This document shows positions 17,666-25,762 of a stretch of DNA of 32,000 nt, one piece after another. The position numbers and the translations under genes were made by a program. The first letter of the stretch is position 1. Each line of letters begins with the position of its first letter. A model generated the notes under the pieces. That model made no database searches and was not told where the DNA came from. It saw only the letters and a list, made by a program, of their open reading frames with translations. Origin of the DNA: Ferroglobus placidus DSM 10642 (GTDB lineage Archaea > Halobacteriota > Archaeoglobi > Archaeoglobales > Archaeoglobaceae); the NCBI RefSeq assembly GCF_000025505.1, contig NC_013849.1:1560001-1592000 (forward strand), in the 5' to 3' direction.

Positions 17666-18268
17666 ATGAAAATTTACGTCCCCTTCAAACCAACAAATCC
17701 GAAATCGAGGCTGTCCAAAATTATGAGCGAAGATGAAAGGAGGGAATTCGCTTTCCAGCTTTTGCTCGACGTCTTAGACTGTTGCGAAGAAGCCGTAGTT
17801 TTATCTGCATCGAGAGACGAAAGGCTTCGAGACTTGAAGCACGAAGTTGACGAGAGAGATCTCGACACTGCAGTAACTTCGAGGATAAAAAAGGAGGATT
17901 CGGCTTTCGTTATGTCGGATCTCGCTCTGATAAGCAAAAAAATCGTTAAAAAATTCTTAGATACTGATGGCGACGTTGTGATCGCTCCGGGAAGAAAAGG
18001 AGGGACGAACATGCTTTTGTCAAGGAGCAGAGAATTTTACACGTCCTATCACTACGGAAGCTTTTTGAAACACGTAAGAATAGCTGAAAAGCTCGGGTTG
18101 AATTTAAGTATTTTTGACTCGTTCTACGCAAGCATTGACATCGACGACGAATCGGATTTACTCGAGCTGATGCTCCACGGAAAAGGAAAAAGAAGCTACG
18201 AATATTTAGAGAGCATAGGGTTTTACGTGGACTTCTCCGAAAAAGAGCCGAAGTTGAAAAGGGCGTAA
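17666..18268 (+). CDS. cofC: 2-phospho-L-lactate guanylyltransferase (F420 biosynthesis)
   Basis: MKIYVPFKPTNPKSRLSKIMSEDERREFAFQLLLDVLD..., APGRKGGTNMLLSR. Start at ATG 17666 is plausible; the ORF track starts at 17657. Confidence 0.88.
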   Translation: MKIYVPFKPTNPKSRLSKIMSEDERREFAFQLLLDVLDCCEEAVVLSASRDERLRDLKHEVDERDLDTAVTSRIKKEDSAFVMSDLALISKKIVKKFLDTDGDVVIAPGRKGGTNMLLSRSREFYTSYHYGSFLKHVRIAEKLGLNLSIFDSFYASIDIDDESDLLELMLHGKGKRSYEYLESIGFYVDFSEKEPKLKRA

Positions 18269-18275
18269 TTTCTAT

Positions 18276-18931
18276 CTTTCAATCCTCTTTTCATCGAGTT
18301 CGTCATAGCAGCAGATTGGAGCATCGATAACATCCAGCTTTCAATCCTCTTTTCATCGAGCTTCGCCTCCTTCTACCCATCTGTTTGAGCTTTCTAATTC
18401 CCTTTCAATCCTCTTTTCATCAAGTTCCACCAGAATATGTTCCACCATATTCTACGTTCACCACCTTTCAATCCTCTTTTCATCGAGTTTTAGGTCTGAC
18501 GAAGATGTCGAGCCACTTGGATCCAGCTTTCAATCCTCTTTTCATCGAGCGAGTCCTTATGTCGATAAAGAGTACGGAATGGTTTACAGCTTTCAATCCT
18601 CTTTTCATCGAGAATAATAAAATGAGATTTGGCATTCCTCTGGAAGCATACACTTTCAATCCTCTTTTCATCGAGAGAAAGTTCATCCTGATGCCAAAAG
18701 CCGATCTGTTGTCGACTTTCAATCCTCTTTTCATCGAGATTCTGGCAGATTTTTGCCGCCGTTTGAGGTTGATTTTTACTTTCAATCCTCTTTTCATCGA
18801 GCCACTTATGATTATCGAACGCTCACCGAGTCCATAAAACCATCTTTCAATCCTCTTTTCATCGAGCAATCACACAGATCCCGTACACGATCAGTCCGAC
18901 GATTGACCCTTTCAATCCTCTTTTCATCGAG
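18276..18931 (-). CRISPR. CRISPR array: 11 copies of a 23-nt repeat, 10 spacers of 39-42 nt; probable transcription on the minus strand
   Basis: Plus-strand repeat CTTTCAATCCTCTTTTCATCGAG at 18276, 18338, 18402 (variant, CATCAAG end), 18465, 18527, 18590, 18653, 18716, 18779, 18844, 18909. Reverse complement CTCGATGAAAAGAGGATTGAAAG ends in the ATTGAAAG 5'-handle-like motif, supporting minus-strand crRNA orientation. Confidence 0.97.
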
Positions 18932-19100
18932 GGTTATACTCTAACAAAATTTACGTCGAATGGAAGTATATAACGCTTTCTCTCACAAATCCTCTCTCGA
19001 ACACGCTACTCTAAGCGAAACAATTAAAAACGAAACCCCGGCGTGTTCGAGGAAAAATTTAAATAGTAGAAAGCTTTCAGCCCATTTAACGCTGTTAAAG
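18932..19100 (-). promoter_or_regulatory. Probable CRISPR leader region
   Basis: A/T-rich non-coding sequence at the upstream end when the array is read on minus. Contains TATA-like tatttaaattttt (minus) and an 11-bp inverted repeat. Confidence 0.6.
18996..19051. repeat. Perfect 11-bp inverted repeat ctcgaacacgc / gcgtgttcgag
   Basis: Arms at 18996-19006 and 19041-19051, separated by 34 nt. Confidence 0.85.
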
Positions 19101-19147
19101 TTGCAAAATGTTCGAGTAGTCCAGAAATTTTGAAAGAGTCAAGAGAT

Positions 19148-20218
19148 TCAGTAGATCATTTCGTCCAGCATTTCTTTCTCAATTCCAAGCTTGATCTCTC
19201 TGGCGATTCTTTTACCCATATACATGTTTTCTCCGAAAAGGATGTAGCTGTAGGGTGAAGACGGAATTCCGACGTTAGTTCCAGCAACTATCCTTGCCGA
19301 AATCTCGAAGAAGTACATCCTTCCTTCTTCGTCTATGACGCTCTCCAAGCAGAAAGGACCTACCATTCCGGGATACGCTATTTTTTTCGACTCCTCGTAA
19401 ACTTTAATCCCGGCTTCAATAGCTTCGGCGAGCATGCTCTCCCTAAGAACTATTGGGAAATTTCCGACAACTGTAAAAGTCAGATCCAATTCTTTTTTTA
19501 ACTGAACTTCAGCTGGAATTCTACCTAAGCCGTCAGCATTGCTTTCGTACCTTCTGTCAACGCTTATCAGCTCAATTCTCTCGTAAACCGGAGAGTAAAA
19601 GAAGGAGAAGTAAACGTTAGCTCCGACTATGTACTCCTGTATAAACGCTTTTTCAACATCTTCTTCGCTTATAAACCCAGCTTTGACGAACTTTTTCGCT
19701 TTCTCTTTAAAATCTTCGTAGCTTGTGGCGAGGAAGTAACCTTTCCCCCCTTTCGCCCCCGGATACTTCACTATAACGAGCCTGTCGATTTCCTTCGGAG
19801 ATCGGAAGGTTTTGGGCATTCTCAATCCGGCATTCCTCAACCACTTTTCCTGATTTTCCCTTTTAGTTTCCCACTCCATCAGAACTCTGTTTCCGAAGAT
19901 GGGGACGAGAAGTTCGTCGAACTTACCTATGTAAGCGTTGAAGGATCCGTGGGGGATGAGAATCGCGTTCTCTTCTCTAAGCTTTTTCTGGACACTCTCG
20001 TCCAAGAGCTGAGTAAAGTCTGAAACTTCCCAAATTTCGTCGGCAACGCCGAAGGATTCGTAGATTATCCTCTCCCTCTTTCGTGCGACGCATATCGTTC
20101 TGAACCCTTCCTCTTTAGCTCCCTTTAGAATGTTAAGAGCCGAGTGGCTTCCAAGGGTTGCGATAGAAATCTCGTCTTTGTCGTAGCTTTTCAAAATTTC
20201 GAGTATCTTGTCTCTCAT
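19148..20218 (-). CDS. purP: FAICAR synthetase-type formate-ligase, PurP (ATP-grasp) family
   Basis: 356 aa. IATLGSHSALNILKGAKEEGFRTICVARKRE, VLMEWETKRENQEKWLRNAGLRMPK, IVKYPGAKGGKGYFLATSYEDF, IQEYIVGANVYFSFFYS, FFEISARIVAGTN. Confidence 0.9.
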   Translation of the reverse strand: MRDKILEILKSYDKDEISIATLGSHSALNILKGAKEEGFRTICVARKRERIIYESFGVADEIWEVSDFTQLLDESVQKKLREENAILIPHGSFNAYIGKFDELLVPIFGNRVLMEWETKRENQEKWLRNAGLRMPKTFRSPKEIDRLVIVKYPGAKGGKGYFLATSYEDFKEKAKKFVKAGFISEEDVEKAFIQEYIVGANVYFSFFYSPVYERIELISVDRRYESNADGLGRIPAEVQLKKELDLTFTVVGNFPIVLRESMLAEAIEAGIKVYEESKKIAYPGMVGPFCLESVIDEEGRMYFFEISARIVAGTNVGIPSSPYSYILFGENMYMGKRIAREIKLGIEKEMLDEMIY

Positions 20219-21060
20219 AACACCTCCTCCAGTTTTAACAGTTTTTCGAACTCCTCGACAGCGCTTTTTTCGAGCTCTTCGATTTCTTCTTTTCTTATTC
20301 CTCTAAATCTTCCCTGAAGTTTTATGTACTTTTCCGCTGGAATTCTGTTTTCGTAAGCTTTTTTGCTTATTTCAGATATTCTAAACTTGCTATCCTTTTC
20401 CCACAAAATCCAGAACAGAGATTGAACGGCAAGCCTCGCTATTTCCACCGTTAACTCTGCTTCAAACTTCCAGCCGGGAGGGCACGGGCAGTGGATGTGA
20501 AGAAGTCTAAATCCCTCTTTTTCTCCGGCTTTCCTCATTTTCCTCCTCAAGTCTCTTATATATCCTACTGAAGCTGTAGCTACGTAGCCGTAGTCGATCA
20601 AAGCCAGAGAAACGCTCCTCTTATTCTCCCTCTTTCCGGCTGGGTCGGTTGTAGTTTTCGCGTATTTTGGCGTCGAAGAACTGCTCTGGTTTCCGGTGTT
20701 CATGAAAGCTTCGTTGTCGACAACAACAACCATCACGTCCTCGTTTCTCTCTGCAACAGCTTTTAGAGCTGCAAAGCTGATATCTGCTGCTCCATCTCCC
20801 ATCCAAGCTATCACGTTAGCTTTAATTCCGAGCTTTCTGTAACCTCTGCTCATTCCAGCCGCAACCGAAGGAGTGGAAGGGAACGGAACGTGAACCACTG
20901 GAAGCTTTAAAGCCGAATTCGGATGAATTCCAGCTATAACGGTCGAGCAACTTGCCGGCATTAGCACCACCGGGTTCTCAACTTCATCGAGAGCTTTCAT
21001 CGCTATCGTAATCGGGCATCCGTGACAGCTCGCGTTTCCCGGAAGAATCATGGGTACCAC
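20215..21060 (-). CDS. porB: 2-oxoacid (pyruvate-type):ferredoxin oxidoreductase, beta subunit
   Basis: GNASCHGCPITIAMKAL; TPP-binding-like WMGDGAADISFAALKAVAERNEDVMVVVVDNEAFMNTGNQSSSSTP. Confidence 0.85.
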   Translation of the reverse strand: MVPMILPGNASCHGCPITIAMKALDEVENPVVLMPASCSTVIAGIHPNSALKLPVVHVPFPSTPSVAAGMSRGYRKLGIKANVIAWMGDGAADISFAALKAVAERNEDVMVVVVDNEAFMNTGNQSSSSTPKYAKTTTDPAGKRENKRSVSLALIDYGYVATASVGYIRDLRRKMRKAGEKEGFRLLHIHCPCPPGWKFEAELTVEIARLAVQSLFWILWEKDSKFRISEISKKAYENRIPAEKYIKLQGRFRGIRKEEIEELEKSAVEEFEKLLKLEEVL

Positions 21061-22172
21061 TCCACCTCTCCTATTTTTCCCGAAACGAATTTTCTGACCA
21101 ATGCCTTTATCTCGGAGTAGCTTATTTCGTATCCTCCAAGAGCCGCTATAACGTTCTTAGCCTCCGGAATTATTCTTTTTACTTCTCCTCCCATCCCTCC
21201 GAATTTGTATAGGGCTGAACGATCCACAACGAGGACATCTCCGGAAATCTCTTTTAGTTCTTCCTCCGGAAGAGGTCTGAGAAATCGCAACCTCAACAAA
21301 CCGATTTTCACTCCTTCTTCTCTCATCTCGTCTACAACATCTTTAAAATCTCCGCTCCATCCTCCGTAAGTAACGACGACGTAATCAGCATCCTCCACCT
21401 TGTATTTTTCAGCTAAGGAAAATTCCTCTCCGAGAAAACTTCTGCCGATCTTCTCTATTTTCCCTCTCGAATTTTCGAGGTCTTTCATTAGCGTTTTCCT
21501 CGCTTTGTGCCTCGCATCGTTAATTGTCACGGCGTTAAAAGCGAATTCGGAGTTAGGAAGTATTTTGTAAGCTTGCTTTCTCTTCGGAAGCTCGACCTCT
21601 CTTACTTCCACAACTTCGGCAGTGTGACTGATTATGAACGCGTCGTAACTCACCGAGTAAGGGATGTTTAACTCCTCGCTGATGGGGAAGCCTATGAGCG
21701 TTAGATCGAAGCACTCCTGAGCGTTTTCAGCCATGGAAATTATCCAGCCAACGTCCTTCAAAATCATAACGTCCGAGTGATCTGAGTGAATGTTCCACGG
21801 AGCTCCTATCGACCTCGTCGGAAGAGCCATAACTAACGGCACTCTCGATCCAGCAACCCACCAGCACATCTCGTACATGTAAGCCAGACCGTGGCTTGAA
21901 GTGGCTGTAAATACTCTCGCTCCTGTTAAAGCGGCTCCGAAAACAACGGACAAAGCTGAATATTCCGACTCAACGTTGACGAACTCGGAGTCAAGCTCTC
22001 CTTTCGCAACGAACTCAGCCAATTTCTCCACAACCGGAGTTTGGGGGGTGATCGGATAAGCGGCTATGACGTCTGGCTTGGCAATTTTAACAGCTTCAGC
22101 GACAGCCTGATTTCCGTTTAATAAAACTCTCTTTCCGCTTTTATAGCTTTCATCTTGCAGACGTTTTTGCAT
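21048..22172 (-). CDS. porA: 2-oxoacid (pyruvate-type):ferredoxin oxidoreductase, alpha subunit
   Basis: LLNGNQAVAEAVKIAKPDVIAAYPITPQTPVVEKL..., VNVESEYSALSVVFGAALTGARVFTATSSHGLAYM. Start ATG 22172 or GTG 22181. Confidence 0.88.
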   Translation of the reverse strand: MQKRLQDESYKSGKRVLLNGNQAVAEAVKIAKPDVIAAYPITPQTPVVEKLAEFVAKGELDSEFVNVESEYSALSVVFGAALTGARVFTATSSHGLAYMYEMCWWVAGSRVPLVMALPTRSIGAPWNIHSDHSDVMILKDVGWIISMAENAQECFDLTLIGFPISEELNIPYSVSYDAFIISHTAEVVEVREVELPKRKQAYKILPNSEFAFNAVTINDARHKARKTLMKDLENSRGKIEKIGRSFLGEEFSLAEKYKVEDADYVVVTYGGWSGDFKDVVDEMREEGVKIGLLRLRFLRPLPEEELKEISGDVLVVDRSALYKFGGMGGEVKRIIPEAKNVIAALGGYEISYSEIKALVRKFVSGKIGEVEWYP

Positions 22173-22369
22173 ACCAAACACCCCTTGCAGTAGTCGTAAT
22201 CTATCCAGATTCTACCGTCTCTAACCTCTATCACATTCTCTGGACAGTACTCGTGGCATTCCAAGCATAGAACGCAAAGCTCGTGATCTACTATCGGCTT
22301 AAAAACCCTCCACTCTCCAGTTTTTCCCGCCGATCCTTTTTTGGGATGAGAGATGAGAGGGTCTAACAT
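22118..22369 (-). CDS. porD: 2-oxoacid:ferredoxin oxidoreductase, delta (ferredoxin-like 2x[4Fe-4S]) subunit
   Basis: Two CX2CX2CX3C motifs: CVLCLECHEYCPENVI and CKGCLVCKNVCKMKAI. Confidence 0.88.
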   Translation of the reverse strand: MLDPLISHPKKGSAGKTGEWRVFKPIVDHELCVLCLECHEYCPENVIEVRDGRIWIDYDYCKGCLVCKNVCKMKAIKAEREFY

Positions 22370-22857
22370 TTAACCACCTCGTAACCCTTTTTCGCAGCAA
22401 GGACGTTTTCTTCAACCTTAGAGGAGAACTCGCTCCTTACCGCGTACACCAAACTGTTCAAACTGATCTCCAAAACTCTTGCAATCGCTCCGCTCATCGG
22501 GGAACTTAATAGGTACCAGCCAGAAGAAATCAAGTCGAGTTCTTCAGCTATTTTATTAGCGTTTAAACAGCAGAAACCTTCTGCAATTCCGTTCAAAATC
22601 CTGATTTCCGCTTCGTCATTTTCAACGAGCTTTTTATCAAAATAAGCTACGATTCTCGGCTTTTCCACCTTTGTATGTCTTCTTATCGGTTTTTCGTCAA
22701 TTCTCAGGTAAGAGTAAACTTTGGCTCCTCTCCTCTCCGCTCCGAATTGGGGAATCGCCTGAGAATACAATCCTTCTTCCATTGCCGCTTTGGCGAGAAT
22801 TCTTGCAGCTGTTACTCCTCCCTGCCCCCCTCTGCTAACAATCTTGACTTCGATCAT
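22363..22857 (-). CDS. porC: 2-oxoacid:ferredoxin oxidoreductase, gamma subunit
   Basis: VKIVSRGGQGGVTAARILAKAAMEEGLYSQAIPQFGAERRGAKVYSYLRI. Confidence 0.9.
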   Translation of the reverse strand: MIEVKIVSRGGQGGVTAARILAKAAMEEGLYSQAIPQFGAERRGAKVYSYLRIDEKPIRRHTKVEKPRIVAYFDKKLVENDEAEIRILNGIAEGFCCLNANKIAEELDLISSGWYLLSSPMSGAIARVLEISLNSLVYAVRSEFSSKVEENVLAAKKGYEVVKC

Positions 22858-22919
22858 TATTAGGGAAGCAGAATCACCGCTTTAAAAACGTTTATATTGT
22901 TTCTCGGAAAATTTTTTAC

Positions 22920-23972
22920 GTGAAATTAATACTGGTAATCGACAGAGACGACGACATTGGGAGAAAAGCTAAAGTTAAAACGCCAGTCGTTGGGAGAGAG
23001 AACTGTTTGAACGCTGCGATTAAGTTAGCTCTCTCCGATCCGGAAGATAGCGACGTTAATGCAATTTTTCAGGCTGTGAAGCTTTACGATGAATTAAAAA
23101 ATGCTGAAGTTGCAATAGTCTCCGGAGATGAAGCGGTCGGAGTCGTTTCCGATACGAAAATAGCTAAGGAGCTCGACGAGTTAAAAAAACTTGTCAAGGC
23201 GGAAAGCGTTATCGTCGTTACCGACGGCTCGGAAGACGAGTTCGTTCTACCTATAGTTTCTTCGAGGTTCAAAATAGACGGGGTGAGCAGAGTGGTCGTT
23301 AAGCAGAGCAGGACGATAGAGAGCACTTACTACCTGATAAGAAAACTCTTCGAAGATCCCAAGATTGCAAGAGCCACGTTAGCCCCTCTCGGATTGATTT
23401 TAGTCGTTTACGCAATTCTAACCTTAACCGGAAAATCCTACATGGCTGCGGGAGGCGTGCTGTTAATATTCGGGCTTTACATGATTCTGAAAGCTTACGG
23501 AATGGAGAACTACGTTGAGAAGGTGATGGAAAATCTTAAGAAGTCGCTGCAAGAAGGAAAGATTACGTTCATAACTAACCTTACAGCCATATTAATCCTG
23601 ATTGCCGGTCTCATTCAGGGGTTCAACGAATTCTGGAAAGTCTACACTCAGCCGGTAGCGGCGGGGATAATAATTTTAGTTACCTCCTTCGTTTACGGGG
23701 CTGTTTGGTGGATCGTCGGAGCTTCCCTCTTCGTCAGTTTCGGAAGGATCTTGGACAATCTAATTGAGGGAAAAAGCGTGAGAAGGATGCTTGCCTCACC
23801 ATTTTTCATAATTTCAGCCGGACTTCTCTTCTACGGATCGAGCGTGCTAATTCTCTCCTGGAGCGGATACTTTGAAGAGCTGCAGAGAAAAGCGATTTCA
23901 GACTTTCTCTACTCTATCTTCGGAGCGATACTTCTCTCTTTAATCGGTGTATTTATATCGAGAACTAAATAA
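22920..23972 (+). CDS. DUF373 family membrane protein
   Basis: LILVIDRDDDIGRKAKVKTPVVGRENCLNAAIKLALSDPEDSDVNAIFQAVKLYDEL plus a C-terminal multi-pass hydrophobic region. Confidence 0.8.
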   Translation: MKLILVIDRDDDIGRKAKVKTPVVGRENCLNAAIKLALSDPEDSDVNAIFQAVKLYDELKNAEVAIVSGDEAVGVVSDTKIAKELDELKKLVKAESVIVVTDGSEDEFVLPIVSSRFKIDGVSRVVVKQSRTIESTYYLIRKLFEDPKIARATLAPLGLILVVYAILTLTGKSYMAAGGVLLIFGLYMILKAYGMENYVEKVMENLKKSLQEGKITFITNLTAILILIAGLIQGFNEFWKVYTQPVAAGIIILVTSFVYGAVWWIVGASLFVSFGRILDNLIEGKSVRRMLASPFFIISAGLLFYGSSVLILSWSGYFEELQRKAISDFLYSIFGAILLSLIGVFISRTK

Positions 23973-24873
23973 TTCCGAGCTCCCTTTTTAATTCGCAAGC
24001 TTTGCAGATCTCTCTTGCTGTTGGTTCGCCGCAAATTTTGCACTCTCCGAGCTCTACCTGAGGGTACATTTTGTGGAGGCAAGGTAAAAGCTCTTCAAAG
24101 CTTCGCATAATCGAAAACTTTCTTCCCGGATACTTTTTCTCGAACTCGTAAATGAAATCCCTCACGAGAGCTCTTGCCGGAAATCTCGAGTAAGGGCACT
24201 CCTCCAAGCTAACTGGAAGGTTGTTGATTATAGCGTAAACTACAACTTCTTTCTCGTATATTTCTCTCAGAGGTTTTATTCTGTAAACTAAGCCTTTCTG
24301 AACTCTTTGCGGAATTAACCTCGCCAATCTTTCTATGTCCGCGTTTAAGAAATTCAGCAAAATCGTCTGGGTTTCGTCGTCGAGGTTGTGTCCAGTAGCC
24401 AACTTAGTAGCTCCAAGTTCTCTTGCAGTTCTGTTCAGCAGATACTTCCTGAATACTCCGCAGTAGGTGCAAGCGTTCCTGCTTCCGCGTTCGACCATTT
24501 CGTCGAGGTCTAAGCCAATCTCTTCTCTGAAAGAAACAACAACGTGCTCTATCCCCAAATCTCTGCAAACTTTTTTAGCTATTTCGACTGTGGGAGGTCT
24601 GTAGCCCTCTATTCCCTCGTCTATCGTTATGGCAAAAAATTCGAGGTCTCTCCTTTTTCCGTAAAGTTCTATCAAGGTGTGAGCGAGAGTTACACTGTCC
24701 TTTCCGCCGCTCATAGCCAGAGCTATCTTGTCGCCGCTCTCTATCATTTTATACTTGGCTACCGCTCTCTTCACCCTTCTGTAGAAATCTCTCAGGAAGT
24801 GCTTCTTACAAAGATGCCTCGAGGAGTGCCTTTGGTAGTACACGGCTTTTGAGGAGCAGAGGGAACACTGCAC
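23965..24873 (-). CDS. tRNA 2-thiolation protein (Ncs6/TtuA, adenine nucleotide alpha hydrolase superfamily)
   Basis: CSLCSSKAVYYQRHSSRHLCKKHF, PP-loop AMSGGKDSVTLAHTL, CTYCGVFRKYLLNRTARELGATKLATGHNLDDE, C-terminal CKICGEPTAREICKAC. A GTG start at 24873 fits the family N-terminus better than the ORF-track start at 24927. Confidence 0.87.
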   Translation of the reverse strand: MQCSLCSSKAVYYQRHSSRHLCKKHFLRDFYRRVKRAVAKYKMIESGDKIALAMSGGKDSVTLAHTLIELYGKRRDLEFFAITIDEGIEGYRPPTVEIAKKVCRDLGIEHVVVSFREEIGLDLDEMVERGSRNACTYCGVFRKYLLNRTARELGATKLATGHNLDDETQTILLNFLNADIERLARLIPQRVQKGLVYRIKPLREIYEKEVVVYAIINNLPVSLEECPYSRFPARALVRDFIYEFEKKYPGRKFSIMRSFEELLPCLHKMYPQVELGECKICGEPTAREICKACELKRELGII

Positions 24874-24910
24874 GAAACAGCTTTTATACAGATTGCATAA
24901 AAATGTCTCT

Positions 24911-25762
24911 GTGAGAGACCTTGCCAACGTTTATCTTTCCCTGAAAAAGCTCGACTGGAAAATTTTGGAAAGCATATTTAAGAACATGTGGGATTTCGAG
25001 TACGTTCCTTCTCACGCGATAATTAGGGAGACGAACTTGAGCGAGGAGGAGCTGGAAGCTAAGCTGAAAAAGCTCGCTTCGATGAGGCTCGTGGAGAACA
25101 AGTACACCGAATACCTCGGGACAGCCTTTACCTTCAAAGGTTTGAGCGTCTATTCTCTAAAAAGGCTCGTTGCTGCTGGAAAAGTTGAGCAGCTCGGAAG
25201 CTTGATCGGAGAGGGTAAAGAAAGCGTGGTTTATACTGTAATCTCTCAGGGGAAAGAAGCTGTTTTAAAATTCCACAGAGTCGGCTATCCGAGCTTTAAA
25301 AAAGTTAAAGAGAAGAGAGACTACGGAACTTTGCACTACACGGTTTTGACGGTAAGATCAGCCAGAAGGGAGTTCCAGACTTTAAAAAGGCTTTACGGAC
25401 ACGTTTCTGTTCCGAGACCCATCGCCTGGGAGGGCAATGCCGTTCTGATGGAGCTTATAGATGCTAAAGAGCTCTACAAAGTTAAGCTCGAAAATCCGGA
25501 AGATGTTCTCGAGATGATAATCGAAGAGGTAAAAAAGATGTACGAGCTCGGAGTGGTTCACGGAGATTTGAGCCAGTTCAACATCCTCGTAAACGAGGAA
25601 GGCGTTTACTTCATAGACTTTCCTCAGTCGATGGAAGTAGGTGAAGACGGAAGCGAGGAAATCTTGAAGAGGGACGTGGAGAACGTCTTGAAATACTTCA
25701 AAAAAACCTACGGCATAGAAAGAGATTTAAAGCAAACTCTCGAAGAGATCAAGAAGGGATGA
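24911..25762 (+). CDS. RIO2-type atypical serine kinase (ribosome maturation)
   Basis: N-terminal winged-helix-like region, LIGEGKESVVYTVISQGKEAVLKFHRVGYPSFKKVKEKRDY, VHGDLSQFNILVNEEGVYFIDFPQ. The ORF track start at TTG 24893 and GTG 24911 are both possible. Confidence 0.92.
   Translation: MRDLANVYLSLKKLDWKILESIFKNMWDFEYVPSHAIIRETNLSEEELEAKLKKLASMRLVENKYTEYLGTAFTFKGLSVYSLKRLVAAGKVEQLGSLIGEGKESVVYTVISQGKEAVLKFHRVGYPSFKKVKEKRDYGTLHYTVLTVRSARREFQTLKRLYGHVSVPRPIAWEGNAVLMELIDAKELYKVKLENPEDVLEMIIEEVKKMYELGVVHGDLSQFNILVNEEGVYFIDFPQSMEVGEDGSEEILKRDVENVLKYFKKTYGIERDLKQTLEEIKKG

Noticed and set aside
18385-18944. Repetitive-protein ORFs (NPLFIE / SMKRGLK / FQSSF repeats) on both strands
   Set aside because: They are translations of the CRISPR repeats, in phase by chance, not genes.
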